DNA from: Octopus sinensis
Taxonomy: Eukaryota
Direction: 5' to 3'
Assembly: GCF_006345805.1 (NCBI RefSeq)
Contig: NC_043000.1
Location: 128,216,001 to 128,280,000, forward strand
Length of the DNA stretch: 64,000 bases
Of this stretch, positions 52,931 through 64,000 are shown piece by piece. The position numbers and the translations under genes are program-made. The notes beneath the pieces were generated by a model. That model was not told the DNA's origin, made no database searches, and saw nothing but the letters and a program-made list of their open reading frames with translations. Position 1 is the stretch's first letter. Each line of letters opens with the position of its first letter.

Positions 52931-55269
52931 TCACACACACAGAGACTCCCCAACGGACCCGGAACACGTGAGGCCCTTCAGCTCTTTAGCTGCTTATCTA
53001 AGAAAAGGCAACTCGGCACAAATCCTGCATCCTGATGATTACGAGGATTGTCGCCCTTGCTGCGTCAGACCAATACAGGTTTGACAGACATGTTTTCGTG
53101 CATGTTTTCAGCAAACCAAGGCTTCATCCCCATCACACTTCAGTCATAAGTTCATTGGCGACAGGGAAAGAAGCGACGAGGAAGGTAGGGGATAACATAG
53201 GAAGTCTTCAATTTTAACTCTCCACGTAAGTGGCCAATGGGTGATGGTCGTTTCCACAGACTTGTGGACAGATGTAGATTTTATTATACCCTCTTAAGAT
53301 GACAGAGCAGACTTCTTTAGATGCAGCATTTCTCTCCTTTATTTCATTGCAGCCATGTCTTGTTGAATCCTCGTTTGTCGAAACAACAAAAGAGAAAGAG
53401 TGAGTGTGTGTGTGTTTGTGTCAGTTTTCCACATCTTACAGGATAAAAAAAAACTGACCCCTCAACTGGTCTGTATGTAGACTCAGAAAAGAATATAATC
53501 CAGATAGCAGTACCATCGCTTTAAGACTACAACATACTGACATGCGAAATTTAACGGCGGTGCATCAGCATGGCCGCAGCTCTGAGCTGAAACTAGAAAA
53601 AAAAATTAATGGACTAGGGCGAGTGACAGTCAGACTTGAGTTATTTGATCACGACCGTTTACGTTTTGAGCAGAAATCCTGCTGAAGTTGACTTTATCTT
53701 TCATACTCCAGGATTCGATAAAGTAATGTATATCAGACGTGAATGGAAGTCGATTTATTCGACTTTACGCTCTCCCCAAAATGTTTTAAATTTTTCCAAT
53801 GTTAAAAGTACTTATAGTTTTGAAATTCATAACGTTGTAATATTTCCAGTAAATGTTCAACGGTTGATTACAATTTACTGCATACTCCACTCAGATATTC
53901 TGTTAGATTTGTTTCCACTTGAATTTTAAAAACAAGTTTCCTCTCGACTAAATTCAATCATTAAAGAAACGGAATCGAAATTTTTGATATTTTGTTTCTT
54001 TCGTAATGAAATGTATGTGGGATGTTCAAGATTAACAAGTGAGAATATCTTTTATATATCTAAATATAAAATAAGATTAACTGAATTATATGTTTGACAG
54101 AGAAGTATTACATTCGTTACCGGTAAAACTTTTTACTTTGTTCCATGCAGATACCCTCAGAATATTAACCAGGATATGTGTATACGACGTTTTATTTGAT
54201 ATCATGAATGATAAATAATAATCTGTATGTATCTGTATGAAACACAAGTTCAGAATATAAATTAGTAAGTAATTATCAAAATGCCACAAAACAAAACAAT
54301 ATAATTCCACCTAATCCTAAACTAACATTAAAACATATATTACAAAACCTCCAATACTAAAAATTGTCCCCGTCAACTTTAGGTTACTGAAGAAAGAGAC
54401 TTGGGATGACTAATGCAACTAACAAATTTATATGCAAACATGGAAGTAGTAAATTCTATGACTAACAGTTGCTTCGGACATACGTGTATCACTCTTTGTC
54501 GTCAGCTGACTATGCATTCACAACTCTGAGTCATTGCGATATTATTACGCAATGCATGAAAAAACATGAAGAAAAAAAACATGGTTTTCAAGCAAACTTA
54601 CAAACCAGATTGCTTCGTCTTCGATCATACCTATGCTCAGAGCAGTTGATCGAAGAAAATTCCAATCTTCAGACATTTCAAACATATCCTCTATATCATC
54701 TGTTTCACTATAGCAATCGGACAGGAAATATCTGTCCGCTCTTTCTTGCGAGAGAAATATAATTGAGTGTTCTTTAGAAGAGTCAGTTACTGATATATCT
54801 GTTTCATACGCAATGATAACTGAGCGATATAATTCCACAAATTATCATTTCTCGGACGTAGAATGAATGAAGTAAGAATGTTAGTTTCCCTTCAAAATGT
54901 TATTTTACCGACCCCAGAAGTTTGAGAAGCAAATGTAACCATGGCAGGACTTGCACCTAGAACATAAAGAGTATAAACCAAAGTTCGCAAGCTCTTTTGT
55001 TCGACGTTCTAACGATTCTGCCACTCCACTCTTAATTATGTTAACAGCTTTCCGTGTCAAGTGTGTCAGAGTCTTAAAATTATAGTCCTGGAGCCAAGAT
55101 TGTTCTTTTCTGGGTCCACATACGGACCAAATGTGAGCTTCAAAACCATTTGCTCAACCAAAAGCTTTTAGAAAGTCCTCCGAAAATTGCTCCTGAGTAC
55201 ATGACTAATATCCCTCGATCGTTTCTCATACATGTCACGAGCATTCTAGAGAACTAGTACAGGGCTGTG

Positions 55270-55560
55270 AGCGCCTGGCAATATTCCAGATGCCAAACAT
55301 CCATCCTTAGTCTACGGTTGACACAAGATTGCACCTCGCTTAAACAGACGTGTCTAACAAAAAATGACTTCGGACTCTCTCAGCAGATGTCGCAGGCCTT
55401 TCGCTTATGTCTCACCATTATCACCTACATTCAACTCACTCCCGATCCCGAGATCGTCTGGTGGCAGATGGATCTCTTGAGTAGCGAACCTAGACCATTC
55501 CAAAACAGCCGAAAAAGCTGGCGATCGAATCTGGTCAGCTATCCTTTGGAACATTGGAAC
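55270..55560 (-). mobile_element. Possible degenerate L1/Tx1-like LINE remnant
   Basis: The - strand RQLFRLFWNG..SLLKRSICHQ...SG.G resembles the L1/Tx1 F.FLW.G...V.R....Q....GGLG segment; contains stops. Confidence 0.35.
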
Positions 55561-56484
55561 AAAGAACGGCAATACGGAACGACATGCTAACAGAGCAATG
55601 TAGTTACTCGTTACCTCCACCCTACCTTCCTCTCAGCTCATATGCACAAACACACACGCGCGCACTCAGAAACACATGTATGCATTGAGCAAACCCTCAA
55701 TTTAATAGACTGGTAATAGGGGTAGAAGCGGTCTATTATTTTCAGAAGTCCGTTACGTTGAAGATATCCTTAGGGCTATGTTTTTTTTAGCGTTTTAAGA
55801 TAAAAAAACAAAAACTCTAGTACAATTTACTTTGGTGTACTTGATAGAATTATCTAACTACAACATGGGTGGTGCGAAATGGAGTGACAAATAGATCAGG
55901 GTGCCTGATCTATAGCCAGCCAGCTATCAGAGTGTCTGATCCATAGCCAGCCAGCTCCAAGAAACATGTGTCATTATAGTTGTGATAGAAAAGACAGAGA
56001 GAGGTGATAGTACACCTGTGGACCAGAGGCTGGCGTGTGTCTGTTAGTTATTGAATGCCAATTACTGGAGTGGCCTTTCTCAACATGCAGGTGCGTGATG
56101 TCAGAGTGTAAAGTAGCTGTACCATCCCAGGTGTCGGAACTGTATACCACTGTGGGCTTCACTTGAACCTTTTAGAGTATTTTTACTCCTTGAAAAAAAG
56201 GACCAGTCTTTGTAATGTGATCCAAGTTATGCCAAGAATGTGCTTTCGCCAGGAGAAATCCCCAGTAACTGTGAGTCCCAGCATTTGAAGCGACTGTGGG
56301 AGTTATGGATGCTATTCATGTTTAGAGGAGGTATGGTGCAGTAATGTCTTTTGAGGTTTTTTTTGTTTTTTTTTGCTGTCAAAATAGTCAAGATTAACGT
56401 GGTTCCATTAGGAGATGCGCCCAAAGTTTCCATTTATGGAATCAGTCTTGACATGTGTGCATGTTGTGTGAGGATGTTGCATTG

Positions 56485-56820
56485 TTAGGTAAAGTTAAGT
56501 AGGAATAGAAAAATAGTATCATCTAAATAAGTGTGGGTTGAACGTAGAGGTAAGCAGGTCATTAATGCATAGAAGGAAAGAGAGTGAGAGATGAAACCGA
56601 ACCCTGGGGAACGCCAAAGTTGAGCGAGAGTTTTATGGAAACATCTTCTCCCTACATATCCCGATAAGTTACCTATCCAAAAGATGAGAGATGGGTGGAG
56701 CCTGTAGGCGGGAAGTATTGGTAGATTTGTATACCAGAAACGGTTGAAGGTTTTGCTGATGTCTAGAGCAATGACATCCCTTTTTGCAATGTTGCTGCTG
56801 TAGACACTGAATTCAATATC
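56485..56820 (-). mobile_element. Degenerate CR1/Jockey-type RT core
   Basis: IALDISKTFNRFW...FWI...YLDDT corresponds to ALDISKAFDRVW...YADD, with frameshifts. Confidence 0.6.
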
Positions 56821-56915
56821 AACAAATACTCGTTGTAAACCCGGTATGCATACATATATGTATATGTATGCTTGTGTGCGTATGTATGCATGCATGTATG
56901 TATGTATACATATAG

Positions 56916-56973
<58 letters not shown>

Positions 56974-57689
56974 ATATATGTAATATATATATATGTATGT
57001 ATGCATATGTGTATGCGTGTGCATATATATATGCGTGTTTGTGGTATAAATATGAGAATGTGTATGCGCGCACTGTATGTATGTGTTCTGGTACTTGTCA
57101 GCACCTGTACACCGCAGTCCATTATTCTTGCTGCGCCCACCACACTCACAACTTCCTTATATACGACAGTGTATACACACACACACACTGACAGTTGTTT
57201 GTAAAAGCCACTTTTGAATTCATGGACCCATTTTCAATAGCCAGACCCAACAAGTCCTTTAAATTGTTGCCTCCTTACTTCCCTTCTTCCCGCTCAACCT
57301 AGTTCTCTCCTACAACCTCTTCCACCACCACCACCACCACCCACCACCGCCACCACCAATACCCATCTGTTGTCCTGCTCCCACAGGCCTCTCCTAACCC
57401 TATCATACACACCCATACATAACCGTTTCAAGCTACACACCTTCTCTTGAAAAGCTTCGCCTCTTCCTGCCGTCGGCCTCTCCTCTCCTGTACCTGAATA
57501 TTAACCTCTAACACCCCCACCCCCTCACCACCACCACAACACCACAAACAACAATGACAGCAACGTTGCCAACATCTTTCTCCCACCGATTCATTTTCCA
57601 CCACCACCACCACCACAACACCCCACCACCACCAGTGACTGCAGCCATGCCCCACCACTCCATTCACCAACACCACCACCACCACCACA

Positions 57690-57738
<49 letters not shown>

Positions 57739-59518
57739 GTCACTAGACACTCATCCGCCACCGCCGCCGCCACCACAACCACCACTACCTCAACCACTAC
57801 CGCCACTACTGTCTATCCAACTACCTCTCACCAAAACATTAAATATGTGTATGTACACATACATATACATACATGCATACATACATACATACATACATAC
57901 ATACATACATACAAACATACATGCATGCACACATACATACATACATAAATACATACATACATACATACATACATACAAACATACATACATACATATACAT
58001 ACATACATACATACATGCATACATGCATACATACACCAAAGAAAGAAGCCCACCTGCAACATCCTGTGGAAAGCAGACGTTGGCTTCAGCTATTATTTAA
58101 CATCTCGGATCTTTCTACACGGTATGTAGAAGAGAGGTGAGGAGGGAATGAGATAGAGAGGGAGAGAGAGTGATAGAAAGGGAGAGGGGGAGAAAGAGAG
58201 AAGAGAGAGAGACGCGGAGAAAGAGAGAGGAAGAGAAAATAATGATGTGAAATAGATAGATAGATAGATAGATAGATAGAGATAGAGAGAGAGAGAGAGA
58301 GTTATATATGAGAGAGTGTATGAGAATGTGTTCAGAAGGATAGAAAGAAGTCAGAGTAGGACACGCAAACACACACACACACACACACACCACACACACA
58401 CACACACACACAAACACACACAAACACACACACACACACAAGCACGCACACACACACGCGAGCGCCCGTATACGTTTGCGTGTATATGTGTGTGTGTGTC
58501 CGTAGATATGTATATATAAGCGTGGATGTATGAATAAATGTGTGTGCGCGCACATGTCTGGGTGTGTGAGTGAATGGGTCCCAGGTCTGCTCTGATCCAT
58601 TCCAGCTCTGACAGTCCCGTCGAGCAGTGTATTCTGAACTATTGTCCTCAGTAAGTCTTTTATTAAGACGCTAAGAAGTGGTGTGAACGAGACTTAGCAG
58701 CTATTTCTAAAAAGCATAACTTGTCACGTACTATGGTCGGGATGATGGCTCACGGGTTCAAACGGGGGAAAGGGTGACTGGAAATTTTTTTATTAGAAAT
58801 TATATTTTTTATTTTATTTTATTTTTTTTTAGTTTTTAGTTTTGCTAATGACGCTAATACTTACGCTACAGATGATAAGGATGTCATCATCTCCGTTATT
58901 GTCATCATCATCATCGTCGTCATCATCATCATCATCATCATTGTGGTGGTGGTGGTGGTGGTGGTGGTGAGTCTGGCGGCAACAAAACGTCTTTTAAGTT
59001 TACATATAATTATATGCATTCATACATAGATATGCATATATGTAAATCTTGTATGTATGTATGTATGTATGTATGTATGTATGTATGTATGTACGTATGT
59101 ATGTATGTATGTATGTATGTATGTATGTATGTATGTATGTATGTATGTATGTATGTAGGTGGGTAGGTATGTCTAGATCTGATGTATTAAAGGACACACA
59201 TCTGTATAAATAGAAGTTAATATGCATACGTTTGATTTTTTTTTCCTTCTAAGCAAATCTTTCTGTCTGCACTTGTATATTCATATGTATATGAGGGCAT
59301 GCTTCATGTTTTTATATGTATGTATATATTATACATACATACATACATAAATACATACATAAATACATACATACATACATACATACATACATACATACAT
59401 ACATAAATACATGCATACATACATACATAAATACATGCATACATACATACATACATACATACATACATACATACATAACACATACATACATACATACATA
59501 AATACATGCATACATACA

Positions 59519-59550
<32 letters not shown>

Positions 59551-60026
59551 CACGTACACACACATACACACATATATAAATATATATAAATACATGTACA
59601 TATATATATATACATATATATACACACACATACACGCACACACACACACCACACACACACACACATATATATATATGTACATGTATATATATATATATAT
59701 ATACATATATATACATATATATACACACACATGTATACATGTATATGTATATCTTTATTTGAATGTATGTGTGTGTGTACGTGCATGTGCGCGCACGTGC
59801 AATATTAATGGCGTGAAGTACACCGTTGATGAATTTATATTCCAAGGCTGTTTTCTCAATAAGAGTATCTGGAGACAGATTTGTTAGGACATTCAGGACC
59901 AGACATAATGCCAACCAGTTCCACCACAAAGAATCCTCGAAGACCAACCATTATAAACTAGTGGTGCATGTGACTAAAGCTAGCTTAATATTTGGTCGGC
60001 TGAGGCAGCGATCCGGCAGAAGCACC

Positions 60027-60946
60027 CCGGGCGAAATGCTTAGCGGTATTTCGTCTGCGTTACGTTGTGAGTTCAAATTCCGCCGAGGTCGACTTTGCCT
60101 TTCATCCTTTCGGGGTCGATAAATTAAGTACCAGTTACGCACTGGGGTCGATGTAATCGACTTAATACCTATGTCTGTCCTTGTTTGTCCCCTCTGTGTT
60201 TAGCCCCTTGTGGGTAATAAAGAAAAGGTATTTCGTCTGCCGCTACGTTCTGAGTTCAAATTCCGCCGAGGTCGACTTTGCCTTTCATCCTTTCGGGGTC
60301 GATAAATTAAGTACCAGTACGCACTGGGGTCGATGTTAATCGACTTAATACCTATGTCTGTCCTTGTTTGCCCCTCTGTGTTTAGCCCTTGTGGGTAATA
60401 AAGAAATAGGTATTTCGTCTGCCGCTACGTTCTGAGTTCAAATTCCGCCGAGGTCGACTTTGCCTTTCATCCTTTCGGGGTCGATAAATTAAGTACCAGT
60501 TACGCACTGGGGTCGATGTAATCGACTTAATACCTATGTCTGTCCTTGTTTGTCCCCTCTGTGTTTAGCCCCTTGTGGGTAATAAAGAAATAGGTATTTC
60601 GTCTGCCGCTACGTTCTGAGTTCAAATTCCGCCGAGGTCGACTTTGCCTTTCATCCTTTCGGGGTCGATTAAATAAGTACCAGATACGCACTGGGGTCGA
60701 TGTAATCGACTTAATCCGTTTGTCTGTCCTTGTTTGTCCCCTCTGTGTTTAGCCCCTTGTGGGTAGTAAAGAAATAGGTATTTCGTCTGTCTTTACATTC
60801 TGAGTTCAAATTCCGCCGAAGTTGACTTCGACTTTTATCTTTTCGTGGTTGATAAATTAAATACCAGTTGCGTACTGGGGTCGATCTAATCGACTGGCTG
60901 CCTCCCCCAAAAATGTCGGGTCTTGTGCTTAGAGTAGAAAAGAATA
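60027..60946 (+). repeat. SINE family 1 copy with four tandem 182-184-bp units plus a terminal unit
   Basis: ggtatttcgtctg starts at 60045, 60227, 60409, 60593 and 60777; units near-identical; ends with the ordinary SINE 3' end agagtagaaaagaat. Confidence 0.9.
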
Positions 60947-61348
60947 TTTGGTCGGCTCCTACGGCATCTGTGTGTGCTATGTAAGTCCCAGCCTGATGTT
61001 TACAATTTGGCAATATTCCGGACATTTTTGTATCAGGCCGGGACATAGATGCAGAAGGCAATTACAGGTTTTTGGCAACTTTAATACATGCTGCTTGCAT
61101 ATAATCTATGGCCTTTTCTCGTACGTCGAGCGTAAAAATAACAGCAAACTTGTTCGATGGAGACTAAACAGGAGTCAAATTCTTGTTCTCATATCCCGGA
61201 TGGGTTGGTCACCAAACCTATATGAAAGAATCGGTGAAGGAGAAGTACGCTTGAAGAGATTATCATTTGCTTTGAAGCCAATTGAGAAAGTGTCCACTCC
61301 TCAAGGAAGTACCTTAAGCCTATGCAAGTGTGTTAATGAATAATAATA

Positions 61349-61423
<75 letters not shown>

Positions 61424-61435
61424 ATAGTAGTAAGA

Positions 61436-61470
<35 letters not shown>

Positions 61471-61556
61471 GAATATAATAAGAAGAAGATAAGAGAAAAA
61501 GAAGAAGAAGAAGAAGAAGAAGAAGAATAGAAAAAAGAAGAGGAAGACAAAAAGAA

Positions 61557-61588
<32 letters not shown>

Positions 61589-61751
61589 AATATAAAAGAA
61601 TCCGGAACTGTTGTTGACGTGAGGATTAATACAGGCTTGAGGTATCTTCTGCATTGGTGGAATTAATTGAAGCCTGTGTTTCACGTAGTTTTCTTGCAAA
61701 CTCGAAGTCATGTCTAGATTAGAAATCGCAAACACTAAAGATTGATGGTAT

Positions 61752-61799
<48 letters not shown>

Positions 61800-62459
61800 T
61801 GGAATTCAGGCTCGTTTCACTGTTCACGTCCACCGATGGCTACATGGGGAGTGTTTAGACAGGTAGGTGTGATTAGATACTCAGGTGAGAATAAACAGAC
61901 AGGTATGGTTGGATACTCAGGTGATGGGTGGATAGACAGGTGTGGTTGCACACGTAAAAATTTTCTTCTTCGCTCGTATATGCACATACACAAATATACT
62001 TAAACACACACACATATGTGTATATATATATATATGTGTGTGTGTGTGGTGTGTGTGTGTGTTCACGTTCATGTATCTATGTAGCCATCTATGCATGCAT
62101 GTACAGATGTATGTATGTGTGTTTGTTTGCATCCATTTTCCATGTGTATATATGTATGTATGTACTTTTTATGTATGCATACAAATGTTTGCATACATGT
62201 ATACATATATGTATTTATGTAAGCATGCATGTATACATGTATGCATGCATGTATACATGTATGTACTCATGCGTATACGTGAAGGTGCGTGGTCCATTGG
62301 TTAGGGTGTTAGGTTGTGTTCGATTCATGGACTGGGTGGCGTGTTGTATCCCTGAGGATGGGAATATATTCTTTTTGTGTTGCTCCGGTCTATTCAGATG
62401 TAAATAAGTACCAGTCGAATGTTAGTGCAGCTCTCTGTCTGTCTGTCTGTGTCTGTCTG

Positions 62460-62490
<31 letters not shown>

Positions 62491-63421
62491 GTCTGTCTGT
62501 GTCTGTCTGTCTGTGTCTGTCTGTGTCTGTCTGTCTGTCTGTCTCTGTCTCTCTCTCTCCCTCTTCAGCAGGTACATCATAGACCAAGATGTACCTTTTT
62601 TAGTGCGGCGGGCAAAAATTTCCAATTAAAAAGGTCCGCAGGCGGATCAGAAGTTCTAACTCTTATATCTGTGTAAATCTTGTATATATCTATGTATAAT
62701 TCGATATACATTAATAAAGATTAAATTAACGTGTGACATCTTCATTAAAGCCGCTACTGAATTTAGGACGTTTACATTACTTATGAGATATTCTATATTT
62801 TTCGCTAGTTGTCGTACAAACCTAGCAATATGTGTTTTGATAGTGAATACAAAGTTTCCATTCAAATGGCAATTATCGGACGATTTCTGTTCGAATCTGA
62901 CCATTTTAAGTCGTAGTGGAAATGCGATCTGTGTCGCAAGATAGGCATAGGAAGATTGTATAAATTTTATGATTGAAAAATTTACTATATTTTGTATATA
63001 TGGGTATATCAGCCTGCGAGAACAATAAAATAGGTTCGCGGGGGTTTCCCCACTGCTGTCCTAGACGATCATGTGGATCAAGGGTGGAGCGTTAAAAGGG
63101 TTTCTATGTCTGTTTGTCATAACATTGATACCTAATACAATTAAGGAAAACAAGATGCAAGGTTCCAGATCGTACTCACTGGTGAGTAACGTCTGAGTTG
63201 TTTTTTAAGCATGCATACATGTATGTATATTTGCATACTTGCAAGTATGTACTTATGTATGTATCTGTGCGTGTATGCTTCATACATCTATGTAAACATG
63301 TATGTATGTAAGCATACATGCATGTATGTATGTATGTATGTATGTATGTGTGGGTGTATATATATAGATATATACATATATAATATATATATATATTATA
63401 TATATATTATATATATATATA

Positions 63422-63629
63422 TTTAAAAAAAGGGAGATGTCGAACACGAGTGGTGATATATAAAAAAGGAAATGAAGAAAATGCTGACAAATAATTGAAG
63501 TAATTTAAGTAAGAACTTTCACCTAATTAAATTACTTAAATTACTTCAATTATTTGTCAGCATTTTCTTCATTTCCTTTTTTATTTTTTTAATATCACCA
63601 CTCGTGTTCGACATCTCCCTTTTTTTAAA
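63422..63629. repeat. Palindrome with ~90-bp arms and a 19-nt loop embedded in (TA)n
   Basis: gggagatgtcgaacacgagtggtgatat...gaagtaatttaagtaa versus ttacttaaattacttc...atatcaccactcgtgttcgacatctccc. Confidence 0.85.
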
Positions 63630-64000
63630 TATATATATAATATATATATTATATATATATATATATATTTGTCAGATCACTTGTAAGCTCTGGAACTAAC
63701 ACGCAATCCAGAACAACATGGTCAGCTCAACTAAACCAGCAACTCCATATTAGCGTTGTGAGGGGATTGATTTTTGGACAGACACCATGCAGGAGAAAAG
63801 GCTAATGGTCAGAGGATATGAAATTAGAAGAATCAATGGCCATCTAATGGTGTAATTATATTCATGTGCGTATTGCACGTTTGGTTACATGTGTATATAG
63901 ATGGATGTGTGTGAAAGATAATCTTACTTGGAACCATTTTTTTTTCTTTCTGTCGCTTGTTCTGATTTAACTGTCTCAAAAAGAATGGCTCTCGTGTCAC

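Noticed and set aside
53032-53080. Hammerhead ribozyme core (CTGATGA); also ctgatgcag at the 5' end of element C
   Set aside because: No properly placed stem II + GAAA and no stem I/III pairing found by eye.
54545-54838. Acidic 97-aa - strand ORF with a gtaagt donor-like site
   Set aside because: No recognisable family, weak acceptor, no phase-linked neighbours; not supportable as a CDS.
60045-60946. Regular repeat array resembling CRISPR
   Set aside because: Units are whole ~183-bp tandem copies with no unique spacers, derive from a SINE, and there are no cas genes; the DNA is eukaryotic.
61113-62630. Identical heptapeptide PFLVRRA encoded with different synonymous codons at ~61113 and ~62611
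   Set aside because: Similarity does not extend on either side, the first is followed immediately by a stop, and a 7-aa match is plausible by chance in six frames of 64 kb.

Overview
Eukaryotic, AT-rich, microsatellite-saturated genomic DNA. The SINE repertoire and the (TA)n/(TACA)n/(AAT)n load look like a coleoid cephalopod (Octopus-like); this is recognition from memory, not a database hit. One complete gene is reconstructable by hand on the + strand: 5 coding exons (8018-8342, 17583-17749, 19922-20085, 22636-22808, 23893-23939), all GT-AG and phase-consistent, giving 876 nt / 291 aa. The product is a predicted secreted protein: signal peptide, PAN/Apple-like Cys module, and a ~180-aa domain I cannot name. 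Intron 1 holds a near full-length R4/Dong-clade non-LTR retrotransposon (RT plus restriction-like endonuclease) with an in-frame (GAA)33 poly-Glu tract and a nested CR1-like insertion. It ends a head-to-tail stack of several other R4-like 3' ends and a non-coding ~560-bp element, all separated by (TAA)n. A second stack of largely the same families, in a different order and on the opposite strand, lies at 28.2-30.8 kb. The rest is tRNA-derived SINEs (one subfamily with an internal ~183-bp VNTR), two mariner derivatives made of two inverted 5' halves, hAT/mariner/LINE remnants, many foldback elements and simple repeats. Almost all ORFs in the supplied track are microsatellite artefacts. A possible second gene (small exon-like islands at 42-63 kb) is only weakly supported. 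No prokaryote-type system (CRISPR etc.) is present.
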